From positions 704,001-768,000 of the forward strand of contig OZ242011.1 of assembly GCA_965204755.1 (NCBI GenBank): a stretch of DNA of 64,000 nucleotides, written 5' to 3'. Positions 48,158 to 57,200 of the stretch are shown here, piece by piece (positions within the stretch are counted from its first letter, which is position 1; every line of letters begins with the position of its first letter). The stretch comes from Candidatus Marinacidobacterium sp. (GTDB lineage: Bacteria; Acidobacteriota; Vicinamibacteria; Marinacidobacterales; Marinacidobacteraceae). The notes beneath the pieces are model-generated. The model did no database searches. It had not been told where the DNA came from and was given only the letters and a program-made list of their open reading frames with translations. The position numbers and the translations under genes were made by a program.

Positions 48158-51100
48158 CCGGGTTTCTCCGGGAAGCGGATTTCGACGGTTACCGGGAACA
48201 CCTGGACTTCGCCGGCGAGCGAGTAGCGGGCGGGCACCAGACGGTTCAGGATGCGGTCGCGTTCTTCGGCGAGGTTCCGGCGAAGCGCCTCGTGGCCTTC
48301 GAGCGTGCGCCGGTGTTCTTCTTCGAGGAGGTCCCGCGAACGGGAGATGCGGGCGGCGCGCTCCTCGGCGTCGAACAACATGCGGCGCCGGCTCTCTTCC
48401 TTCAGGGCTTCGAGGTCGCGCGCGATCCGGTCCAGTTTGTTCCCGGTGATGAGTTCGGACACTTCGGCCTGGCGGCGGTCGTATTCCTCGGTCTCGCGCC
48501 GCTTCGCCGTTGCGCCGCGCCGCTCCAGCGCCGCCCGGATGTCCCGGCCCAACCGGTAGCGGTGGGTCGAGAGACGCTTCTTGAGCGCCGGGACGACCTC
48601 GTCCAGCAGTTCGCGGGCGTCCTCGTCTTCCGGGTCGTGGACGGACTCGGCGGCGGCGATACCCCGGGTGGTTTCGTCCGGCAGCGCCTCGCCCAGTTCG
48701 CCGCCGCGCACCGGGAACGCGAGCGTGCGCACCCAGCGGTGGAACGGCTCGCGCAGTTCGTTCACGGCGAACTCCTCGACGCTGAACAGCGCGACCGCCT
48801 CCGCGCCGCGCGCCGCTCCGGGCAGGGTCTCCGGAGTAAACCCGCCGCGGCGCGCCGTCCAGCGGGAAACCGTCACCCCGGTCCCGGTCCCGGTCCTCGA
48901 ATACCGCCGCCGCGCCAGCACGGCGAGCGAGCGGCGGAGCAGCGGGTGCGCCAGGTGCACGAGTTGCATCTCCGGGCGGGGCCGGAAGACGGTGAGCGAA
49001 CCGCAGGCTTCGAGGAACGGTCGCTCGTCGAAGGCGAGGCGCGGCATCGGGCCGAGGCCGGCGCCGTTCGCCGAGAGGCGCACTTCGCTGTCGAAGACTT
49101 CGCGCCAGCCGGGGAGGTCGGGGTTCGCCACGGTGAACGCGCCCGGCTGGTTCGGGGCGGGAGCGAGGGGGCGGGCGCCGCCGGCGGTCCCGAGCGCGGC
49201 GGCGAGGGTATGGCGGAGCGCGTCGGGGTGGAGGTCGAGCCGCGCCGCGAAGTCGGCGACGCCGGTGGTCGCGCTTTCGTCGGCGTCGGACTGGGCGTCG
49301 TACCGGGCGCTGTCCCGCGCGGTTTCGAGGCTGCGTTCGAACTCCGGTTCCACGAGTTTCGGTTGTTCGCCGCGAATGAGCCGGCGATGCACGGCGCGGT
49401 CGAACACCTCGTTGACCGAGCCCAGGTCGTCGCGCATCTCGTTGGCCTTCTCCACCAGCCGGGCGAGGAACGCGAGGTCCGGGTCGCTCCCGCTCAGGAA
49501 GTGGTGGATCGAGACATCGCGGCCTTGCCCGTAGCGGTCGAGCCGGCCGTTCCGCTGCTCGAGGCGCGAGGGATTCCAGGGGCAGTCGTAGTGGAGGAGG
49601 CGGCGGGCGGTGCGCTGCAGGTTCAGCCCTTCGGAAGCGGCGTCGGTGGCGACCAGGATCCGCACGGGAGCGCCGGGGTCGTTGAACGCGCCCTTGACCG
49701 CCTCGCGGTCGTCTTCGCCCATACCTTCCGCGCCGCCGGCGCCGAACAGGGTGAGGACGCGCTCTTCGGGGTATCGCTCGCGCAGCCGGCGGGTGAGGTA
49801 GTCGAGCGTGGTCTTGTATTCCGTGAAGACGATGAGGCGTTCGTCGTCGCGGAAGGCGCCGCCGCCGCGGAGGCGGTCTTCGATGAGGCGAGTGAGCGCG
49901 TCGAGGCGGGTGTCGGCGGCGGGGTCCTGTTCGACCGTGGGCGCGCCGGCGAGGTCGAAGCCGAGGGATTCGAGAGCGGTGCGGAGGCGCGCGATCTGCG
50001 GGCGGAGGTCGGCTTCGTAGTTCCCGAGCCAAGAACCGGTGACTTCGGCGGCGACGGCTTCGCGGCGTTCGGTCTCGCGGTCGTCGCCGGTGTCCCGGTC
50101 GAGCGAGCGCTTTTCCGCCATGAGTTGCGCGTCCTCGGCGGGCTGGTCGGCGAGGCCGGCGAGGACGCGCCGCCAGGACTCGGCGAAGGCGGTCGGGCAG
50201 GAGAGGAGGCGCTTGTTCAGGACTTCGACCGCGAAGTTGCCGGCGCGGCGGCGGCCGTCCTCGGTCGCGCGGACGAGTTGGTGGAGGCGCGCGCGGAAGT
50301 CGGAGAAGGCGGCGGAGAGTTCCGCTTCGAGGGGATCGTCGCGGAGGCGGAGCGCTTCGGGAGGGAGGCGGCGGCAGAAGCGGCGCGGTTCCCGGGTGGC
50401 GCCTTCGCCGGGATCGCCGTTCGAGGACGGGTCGAGGTGGCGCTTGAGCCGGCGGATCACCACTTCGCCGGTGCGGCGGCGGAGGGCCGGGGTCATGCGC
50501 GAAGTGCGGTGGAAGCGCACCGGGTCGAGCATCTCCAGCAGGCCGGTGAACGAGCGGGTATGCCCGTTGTGCGGCGTCGCCGAGAGGAAGAGGCGGTGCT
50601 CGAAGTGGGGCGTGATCTCGCGCAGCGTCCGGCAGAGTTCGCTGTCTTCGCCGACCGGGGCCGGCATCAGGTTGTGGCATTCGTCCACGATGAGCAGGTC
50701 CCAGGGCAGCCGGGGCGACTGCGGCGCGCCTTCGGGCCGGCGGTGGGCGGCGCGGAACTGCTCGCGGATCTCCGGCTGGCGGAGGTAGTGGTAGGAAGCG
50801 ACGATCCGGTCGTGCGAGCGCCAGGGGTTCGCGTCCATTCCCAGCGAGCGGCGCAGGTGTTCCGTCTCGCGCCGGTCCACGATCTCGAAACGGAGCGCGA
50901 ACTTCTCGCGCATCTCTTCCTTCCACTGGCGGCGCAGCGAGGCCGGCGTGAGGACGAGGACGCGGCGGATGCGCCGGCGGAGCAGCAACTCGGCGAGGAT
51001 CAGCCCGGCCTCGACGGTCTTGCCGAGCCCCACATCGTCGGCGATGAGCAGGTTCACGCGGGGCATCCGCAGCGCCTTCACCAGCGGGACGAGTTGGTAG

Positions 51101-51471
51101 GGCTCGATCCGGACGCCGCCGTGGAAGGGGCTGCTCGGCGGCGGGTCTTCGGCGTCGCTTTCGTCGAGGTAGGGGGTGAGCGCCGTCCAGCGCGCGGCGC
51201 GGAGCAGCGCGTCGAAGTCGGCGGGCGGCATCGGCGGCGCGGCGCCGTTCGGGACATCGTTCGGCTCGTGGAGCCGCGCGCCGGGCTCGATCTCCCAGAC
51301 CAGCCGCTCGCTCGGCGGGGAGTGGTGGTCGAGGTAGTCCAGGTGGACGAGGCGGAGGCGCTTGTCGCGGCCGACGGTTTCGTCCACGCCCGCGATGACC
51401 GCCCGCCGGTTGCGGACGGTGGCGACCATCCCGACGCGGGGGACGGACGGGGGGTCGGCGGCGGGGCTCAC
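48154..51471 (-). CDS. drmD: DISARM DrmD-like SNF2 helicase
   Basis: LLIADDVGLGKT, LIVDECHN, LSATPHNG, TDAASEGLNLQ, WNPSRLEQRNGRLDRYGQ. Start approximate. Confidence 0.85.
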   Translation of the reverse strand: MSPAADPPSVPRVGMVATVRNRRAVIAGVDETVGRDKRLRLVHLDYLDHHSPPSERLVWEIEPGARLHEPNDVPNGAAPPMPPADFDALLRAARWTALTPYLDESDAEDPPPSSPFHGGVRIEPYQLVPLVKALRMPRVNLLIADDVGLGKTVEAGLILAELLLRRRIRRVLVLTPASLRRQWKEEMREKFALRFEIVDRRETEHLRRSLGMDANPWRSHDRIVASYHYLRQPEIREQFRAAHRRPEGAPQSPRLPWDLLIVDECHNLMPAPVGEDSELCRTLREITPHFEHRLFLSATPHNGHTRSFTGLLEMLDPVRFHRTSRMTPALRRRTGEVVIRRLKRHLDPSSNGDPGEGATREPRRFCRRLPPEALRLRDDPLEAELSAAFSDFRARLHQLVRATEDGRRRAGNFAVEVLNKRLLSCPTAFAESWRRVLAGLADQPAEDAQLMAEKRSLDRDTGDDRETERREAVAAEVTGSWLGNYEADLRPQIARLRTALESLGFDLAGAPTVEQDPAADTRLDALTRLIEDRLRGGGAFRDDERLIVFTEYKTTLDYLTRRLRERYPEERVLTLFGAGGAEGMGEDDREAVKGAFNDPGAPVRILVATDAASEGLNLQRTARRLLHYDCPWNPSRLEQRNGRLDRYGQGRDVSIHHFLSGSDPDLAFLARLVEKANEMRDDLGSVNEVFDRAVHRRLIRGEQPKLVEPEFERSLETARDSARYDAQSDADESATTGVADFAARLDLHPDALRHTLAAALGTAGGARPLAPAPNQPGAFTVANPDLPGWREVFDSEVRLSANGAGLGPMPRLAFDERPFLEACGSLTVFRPRPEMQLVHLAHPLLRRSLAVLARRRYSRTGTGTGVTVSRWTARRGGFTPETLPGAARGAEAVALFSVEEFAVNELREPFHRWVRTLAFPVRGGELGEALPDETTRGIAAAESVHDPEDEDARELLDEVVPALKKRLSTHRYRLGRDIRAALERRGATAKRRETEEYDRRQAEVSELITGNKLDRIARDLEALKEESRRRMLFDAEERAARISRSRDLLEEEHRRTLEGHEALRRNLAEERDRILNRLVPARYSLAGEVQVFPVTVEIRFPEKPG

Positions 51472-51742
51472 CGGGACAGGGGGCGGACCCGGGCGCGGGG
51501 CCGGCTCATGGAGTCGTCGGGGTCGGGAAGGTCGGGGGAGCGGGGCCGGTGCGGCGGCGAGTCCGCCCCGCGGCGCGGGCTGCCCCGGGCGGCGCGGCGG
51601 CGCCGCGCTCCGGGGGCGGAAGACGGTACGCCATCCGCGCCGAAATCCCGACCCCCGCCGCCGCGGGCCGGGCGCTCGGTCCGGCAGCCGCCGGACACCA
51701 CGCGGATCCCAAACTACAACCCGTCCACGAAAGCGGGGCAAC

Positions 51743-52014
51743 CTCACGCCCGGATCGAGCCCCTTCACCGGCCCGATGTCGCGGATCGCGACCCCCCTTC
51801 ACCCATCGACCGGCGGATCGCCCCCCCTACCGGACTCACGACGCGGATCGAGCCCCCTCGCACCCGCAGAACACCCGGATCGACCCCCTGCTCCGGCTCG
51901 ATATCGCGCACCGACCCCCCTTCACCCGCCAGCGCGGATCGACCCCGTGCCCGGCTCACGGCGCGGATCGAGCCCCTTCGCGCCCGCAGGAATCGCCGAC
52001 GAACGCGCGGATCG
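51743..52014. repeat. ~30-bp period array with CGGATCG core
   Basis: Perfect CGGATCG at 51751, 51782, 51814, 51844, 51876, 51935, 51964, 52008 (also 52264, 52295), usually followed by a C run. Confidence 0.85.
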
Positions 52015-52029
52015 GGTATGGCGAGCCAA

Positions 52030-52123
52030 GAATTGTGTATAGCTGCCACGAATTGTGTATAGGTCAGCCGAATTGTGTATAGCTCGGCCCGAATTGTGTA
52101 TAGCTGACGCGAATTGTGTATAG
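52030..52123. repeat. Array A: 5x GAATTGTGTATAG, 20-21 bp period
   Basis: Perfect copies at 52030, 52050, 52070, 52091, 52111. Confidence 0.95.
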
Positions 52124-52316
52124 GTGAGCGCCCCGGGGCCGTTCGCAGCGCGGATACGCGGCGGAACGGCGTGCGCGGGACTGCCTCGAAGACCGGTTCA
52201 GGCGCTCCGGAGAGCGTCCGGGAGGCTCTATGACGCCGAATTCGCATGTCCGAACGCGCCGGGCGGATCGAGCCCCGAATCGCCCACGAACGCCCGGATC
52301 GGGTATGGCCGACCGG

Positions 52317-52431
52317 GAATTGTGTATAGGTGACGCGAATTGTGTATAGCTCCGCCGGAATTGTGTATAGCTCCGGTGAATTGTGTATAGCTCCGCCGGA
52401 ATTGTGTATAGCTCCGGTGAATTGTGTATAG
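52317..52431. repeat. Array B: 6x GAATTGTGTATAG, 20-21 bp period
   Basis: Perfect copies at 52317, 52337, 52358, 52378, 52399, 52419. Confidence 0.95.
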
Positions 52432-52488
52432 CTGACCACGGGCCGACCCGGACGCGTGGACGCGCTCCTTTCCCTGCCGCGGCCGCGT

Positions 52489-53625
52489 TCAACCGCGTTT
52501 CGCCGGTTCTTCCTCCGGGCGCAGGACCTCGACGATTCGCGGATTCTGCAAATGCCGGCGCGAACCGATGCGCTGCAGGTTTCCCCGAGCGATCACGGCG
52601 ACGCTGTCGCGCCGCGCCTCGACGGCCCGGCGGTAGTCGCGTTCGTCGAAGACCGCGGTGACCGTTCGCCGCCGACCGGGCGCGTCCGGTTCGCGAACCC
52701 GCAGGGTCACTTCGCCCGCGTGTTCGGTTTCCCCGTTGCCGGGGCGCGAGACGAAACCCACGAAGGACGCCGCCTCCTGCGGTTCCCCCTCCCGGCAGAA
52801 CCGCGCCGCCTCCCGAACCGCGGGGGAGTCGGCGGCGGCGAATCGCGTGGAACTCGCCGGCTCGTCGGCCGGCGAAGTGAGCGCCCAGGAAACGCCGATG
52901 TCCACCGCGTCGAACGCTTCCGTCAGGTCGGCGATCGCTTCGCAGAGGTTCGCGCTGACGCCCTCTCCGACGAGATCCGCGAACGCGCCGGGCTCACCCG
53001 CCGCGGTCGCTTCCACCGCTCGGCGCGCCGCACGCAGGGACTCGACCAGGCGCTTCGGAACCGTTCGGGAGAAGGGCTCCTTTTCCGGTCGATCCGGACC
53101 GGGGAGTCGGCCCGGAGACACCGTCGGAGTCAGGAGCGTCGCGACGAAACCGCCGGGCTCGGTATGGCCCAGGCGGACTCGCCGGAGGTACTTCGCGGCC
53201 TCCGGGTTCTCGCCGGCGCGATGGAGCGCCTGCGGCCGCTCCGCCGAGCAGGCGGCCGCGAACAGGAGGTTCCGCGCGCCGGCGAGGAGCGCGACGCGGT
53301 CCTCGACGGTCGCCTCCGGCCCGTTGCCCTCCGCGCCCACCCGGATCACATCCCGGTCCGCCGCGGTCAGGTCGTGGTGCACCCGCAACTGCGAAACCTC
53401 CCCGGTCTCCGAGAAGATCTCCAGCAGCCGGGTGACGGCGCTCGCGTAGTCACCGAGATCGGCCGTCCTCGGGATGAGGATCTCCGATCGGTCCTCGGCG
53501 CCATAGATATCGGCGTGGTCGCCGAACTCCCCGGTCTTCGCCCAACCATGCGCTCTCGCGTAGGCCGAAAGCGCGGCGGGCGTTACCCGCCGCACGGCGT
53601 CCCAGTCGCGGACGAAGACCCTCAC
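52489..53625 (-). CDS. Conserved hypothetical protein with a possible C-terminal OB-like domain
   Basis: 378-aa ORF with host-like codons; YARAHGW, GHTEPGGF, GVSANLCEAI and VSWA motifs recall a family often seen in defence loci. Confidence 0.7.
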   Translation of the reverse strand: MRVFVRDWDAVRRVTPAALSAYARAHGWAKTGEFGDHADIYGAEDRSEILIPRTADLGDYASAVTRLLEIFSETGEVSQLRVHHDLTAADRDVIRVGAEGNGPEATVEDRVALLAGARNLLFAAACSAERPQALHRAGENPEAAKYLRRVRLGHTEPGGFVATLLTPTVSPGRLPGPDRPEKEPFSRTVPKRLVESLRAARRAVEATAAGEPGAFADLVGEGVSANLCEAIADLTEAFDAVDIGVSWALTSPADEPASSTRFAAADSPAVREAARFCREGEPQEAASFVGFVSRPGNGETEHAGEVTLRVREPDAPGRRRTVTAVFDERDYRRAVEARRDSVAVIARGNLQRIGSRRHLQNPRIVEVLRPEEEPAKRG

Positions 53626-53673
53626 CGGAACGCGCCCCCGGCTACCGACCGTCCCGGACGCGCCGCGCCGCGT

Positions 53674-55266
53674 TCAACGGATGGTTACCCGCGCGCGTTC
53701 GGCCAGCGTGCCCTGGGCGCGTTCGACGGCGACGATGGCCTTGTTGTAGTCGACGATCGCCTGCAACTCGTTGGCGCGCGCCTGGGCCAGGTCGCGTTGC
53801 GACTGCACCACGAAGTAACTCGTGGTCATGCCCACCTCGAACTTCTTCTGTTCGGCTTCGAGTCTTTGCTCTTCCAACTCGCGGGCCACCCGGCTCGCGT
53901 CTATGCGGCGCCGGTTCGTCTGGACTTCGCGCACGGTGCGGCGGACTTCCTGGGCGATCTGGATTTCCTGGACGCGCACCGTCTCGCGTTGCTGGTTCAG
54001 GTCGATCTGCGCCTGCGCATGGCTGGCGCGGGCTTGGTGGGGGCCGATGGGATAGGTGAAGTTCACGCCGAGGCGCCAATCGCGGAAGTCGCGGCTGGCG
54101 AGTTGGTCGAGGGCGTCGGCGTAGCCGCCGGGAATCGTTTCGACTGCCGGACCGAAGAAACCTTCGCGGCGATACTGCGTTCCGCCGACGCCGGTGAGTT
54201 GGAGCAAGCCGACCAGATCCACCTGCGGGAGCATCTGGTTGCGGGTGTAGCGGACTTCGTACTGGTCCGTGTCCACCTGCACCCGCTGCGACCGGAGTTC
54301 GGGCCGGCGCTGCAGCGCGACGCGGATGGCGTCTTCGACTTCCACCGGATAGTCCTCGACGGAGGGGGCGTCCGTCGGGACGAGGGCGCCGTCCCAGAAG
54401 TCCGGGGAATCCGGGTCGCGGATCAACGCCTTGAGCGCGTCTTCGGTGACCCGGATCTGCTGCTCGGCGATGATGAGCGCTTCGCCGCGCGCGGCGACTT
54501 CCGCCTCCGCCTGCAGCACATCGATCGGCGCCATCGTGCCGACTTCCACCTGGACCTGGTTGTTCCTCAGCAGGTCCTCCGCGAGGTCGAGCGACTGCTG
54601 CGCCACTTCGTGGCTGCGGAGGGCGAAGGCGAGATCCCAGTAGGCGTTCTCCACATCGCGGAGAACATCGAGGACGCTCTGTTCGAACTCGTGGCCGGCC
54701 CGCCGCTCGCCGTTCCGGGACACGATGATCTGCCGCCGCTCCGGGTTGGCGGTGAGGTTTTGGAGGAGCGGCTGCGTGACCGACGCGTTCAGGATGCTCT
54801 GGAACCTGGGGTTGAATGTGGAGAACTGGCTGTTCGACCCTTGCCGGTTGTTGTTGAAGTTCACCGAGTAGGTGGCTCCGAACGGGAGTTGCTGCTGGAT
54901 GCTCAGGTTGTAGTCGAAGTTGTTGCTCTCGGCCTGCTCGGCGCCGTCGAGTTGGGTGGTCGCGGGGCGCACGCTGTCCTGCAGGTTGGTCGCGAGCGTC
55001 AGGTTCGGGGTGTAGACGCGCCGGGCGGCGGAAACCGCGAGGCCCAGCGACTGCCGGTTCAACCGGGAGATGCGCACATTCAGGTTGTGTTCGAGCGCCA
55101 TCTGCACGGCGTCGTGGAGCGAGAGTTCCTGCGGCGCGGGTTGTCCGGCAACGGAGTCTTCCTCCGGCGGCGTTCCGGCGGCGGCCGGGAGCGCGGCCGC
55201 CGGGAGCGGAAAGAGGAGGAGCCCGGTGAGGGCGAAGCGGGCGGGGGCAGCCGGGTGGGGTCGCAT
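53674..55266 (-). CDS. TolC-family outer membrane efflux protein
   Basis: AGGAG RBS, signal peptide, LSLHDAVQMALEHN, VENAYWDL, two OEP repeats. Confidence 0.92.
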   Translation of the reverse strand: MRPHPAAPARFALTGLLLFPLPAAALPAAAGTPPEEDSVAGQPAPQELSLHDAVQMALEHNLNVRISRLNRQSLGLAVSAARRVYTPNLTLATNLQDSVRPATTQLDGAEQAESNNFDYNLSIQQQLPFGATYSVNFNNNRQGSNSQFSTFNPRFQSILNASVTQPLLQNLTANPERRQIIVSRNGERRAGHEFEQSVLDVLRDVENAYWDLAFALRSHEVAQQSLDLAEDLLRNNQVQVEVGTMAPIDVLQAEAEVAARGEALIIAEQQIRVTEDALKALIRDPDSPDFWDGALVPTDAPSVEDYPVEVEDAIRVALQRRPELRSQRVQVDTDQYEVRYTRNQMLPQVDLVGLLQLTGVGGTQYRREGFFGPAVETIPGGYADALDQLASRDFRDWRLGVNFTYPIGPHQARASHAQAQIDLNQQRETVRVQEIQIAQEVRRTVREVQTNRRRIDASRVARELEEQRLEAEQKKFEVGMTTSYFVVQSQRDLAQARANELQAIVDYNKAIVAVERAQGTLAERARVTIR

Positions 55267-55506
55267 CGGGGTTCTCCTGGGTTCGGGAGCGTCGGTCGGG
55301 GGAGGCGGGTGGGAAGGGCGGTCGGGGGCGCGGCGCCTCCGGCCCACTCCATACGAACGGCGGGGGCGCCGGGTTTCCGCCGCGCGGGGTCGGGAGGCGC
55401 CGGATCGTCTGGTAGTTTCGCCAGTCTATTGCCGCCCCGCGCGCCGCGAAGGGCGCCGCCGCCCGGCGGGCGGACGACGGGGAGGGCGCCGGCGGAGACG
55501 GCGGGA

Positions 55507-56322
55507 ATGCGCATCCGACTCGATTTCGGCTACGACGGGACCGGTTTCGCCGGCTGGCAACTGCAGCCGGGGAAGGACACGATCCAGGGGCGGATCGAGG
55601 ACGCGCTCGCCCGGATCTACTTCCCGCCGGGCCGGCGTCCCTCCCGTATCCCCGTCGTCGCGGCGGGGCGGACCGACGCCGGGGTCCATGCGGAGCAGCA
55701 GGTCGCGCACTTCGACCCGCCGCACCCGCGCGTACCGCCGCAAGCGCTCCGCGCCGCGCTGAACCACCGCCTCCCCGGCGCGGTCCGCGTCCACGCCGCC
55801 ACCCCCGCCGCGCCGGACTTCCACGCGCGGCACCACGCCCGGGAGAAGACCTACCGCTACCACCTGCTCACCGGCGAGTCCCCTTCCCCGCTCCGCGCCC
55901 GGTTCGCCTGGCCGGCGGGGCCGGGACTCGACCGGGGCGAGATGGAGCGGGCGGCGGCCTTCTTCTCCGGCGAACATGACTTCACCGCCTTCCGCCAGTC
56001 GGCGCCGGACGAGCGGGAGAAGAGCCCGGTCCGCGAGATCCGCCGCGCGGCGTTCCTCGACGCCGCCGAGGACGAATGGATCTTCGAAATTGCCGCCGAC
56101 GGGTTCCTCCGCTACCTCGTCCGCCGGATCGTGGGCTCCCTGGTCGCCGTCGGGAAGCGGCGGATCACCGCGGAGAGCGTGGCCGCGCTGCTGGCGGACC
56201 CGCGGACGCCGGGCCCCCGCTTCCGCGCCCCGGCGGCGGGGCTCCGCCTCCACCGCGTGGACTACCCGGAGGCGGGCGCCGGCGGCGCGGAAAAGGCGGT
56301 AGAGTCAGAATCCGCGCCGTGA
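55507..56322 (+). CDS. truA: tRNA pseudouridine(38-40) synthase
   Basis: YDGTGFAGWQ, AGRTDAGVHA, FHAR, GFLRYLVR. Confidence 0.95.
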   Translation: MRIRLDFGYDGTGFAGWQLQPGKDTIQGRIEDALARIYFPPGRRPSRIPVVAAGRTDAGVHAEQQVAHFDPPHPRVPPQALRAALNHRLPGAVRVHAATPAAPDFHARHHAREKTYRYHLLTGESPSPLRARFAWPAGPGLDRGEMERAAAFFSGEHDFTAFRQSAPDEREKSPVREIRRAAFLDAAEDEWIFEIAADGFLRYLVRRIVGSLVAVGKRRITAESVAALLADPRTPGPRFRAPAAGLRLHRVDYPEAGAGGAEKAVESESAP

Positions 56323-57119
56323 GTCCTCCCGTGGAGACCGCCCTCGAAACCGCTCTCGAAAGCGAAGTCGAGGCGGAGGTCGAGACCGAAACCGCCGACC
56401 TGCTCGCCCGGATCGACCGCACCCGCCTGCCGCTCCATGTGGCGGCGATCATGGACGGGAACGGGCGCTGGGCGGCGGAGCGGGGGCTCGAACGGGTGGA
56501 GGGGCACGGCGCCGGGATCGCCGCTGTCCGGGACACGGTGGAAGCGGCGGCGGGGCTGGGGCTCGCCGCGCTCACCCTGTTCGCCTTCTCCGTCGAGAAC
56601 TGGAAGCGGCCGCCGGAGGAAGTGCGGGTGCTCATGGAACTCCTGAAGAAGTACCTGAGCCTCGAACTGGAGAACCTGGTCGCGAACGACATCCGCTTCC
56701 GGCCGCTGGGGCGGACCGAGGAGTTGCCGGAGGAAGTGCGGGAGGCGCTGGCGGAGGCGGTGGAGGCCACCCGGCGGTGCGAGGGGCTCTCGTTCAGCAT
56801 CGCGCTGAACTACGGCGGGCGGGCGGAGATCGTGGACGCGGCGCGGCGGATCGCGGCGGAAGCGGCGGCCGCCGGCGAAGCGCCGGAACTCGACGAGGAG
56901 CGGTTCGCCGGCTACCTCTACACCCGGGGGCTGCCGGACCCCGACCTGCTGATCCGCACCAGCGGGGAGATGCGGGTCTCCAACTTCCTGCTGTTCCAGA
57001 GCGCCTACACCGAGTTCTGGGTCACGCCGCGCTACTGGCCGGACTTCCGCCGCCGCGACCTCTACCGCGCCATCCTCGCCTACCAACGCCGGGAACGCCG
57101 CTACGGCGGCATCCGCTGA
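56319..57119 (+). CDS. uppS: Undecaprenyl diphosphate synthase
   Basis: IMDGNGRWA, FSVENWKRP, NYGGRAEI, IRTSGEMRVSNFLL. Confidence 0.96.
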   Translation: MSPPVETALETALESEVEAEVETETADLLARIDRTRLPLHVAAIMDGNGRWAAERGLERVEGHGAGIAAVRDTVEAAAGLGLAALTLFAFSVENWKRPPEEVRVLMELLKKYLSLELENLVANDIRFRPLGRTEELPEEVREALAEAVEATRRCEGLSFSIALNYGGRAEIVDAARRIAAEAAAAGEAPELDEERFAGYLYTRGLPDPDLLIRTSGEMRVSNFLLFQSAYTEFWVTPRYWPDFRRRDLYRAILAYQRRERRYGGIR

Positions 57120-57200
57120 GCGCCGAGTCCCCGGCTCGGCCTCGGCCCCTTCCTCCCGGCGGCTCGGCCTGACCGACGGTTCGACCGGAGGAGCGGCGTC

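Noticed and set aside
48158-50926. N-terminal extension making the methyltransferase 2714 aa
   Set aside because: Arg/Pro-rich off-frame read of drmD; the ATGA overlap at 48154-48157 gives the real start.
52030-52431. CRISPR or TIGR-like guide array
   Set aside because: The repeat is only 13-15 bp, linkers are 7-8 nt and recur (CTCCGCCG and CTCCGGT alternate, as in slippage), and no cas or Nop-domain gene is in the window.
51765-52492. ORFs with YTQF/IHNS/ELYTI peptide repeats
   Set aside because: The mixed 20/21-bp period shifts frame between units, so conservation is at the DNA level.
26942-53625. Prophage or ICE
   Set aside because: No structural, conjugation, relaxase or integrase genes, and no att-like repeats noticed at the edges.
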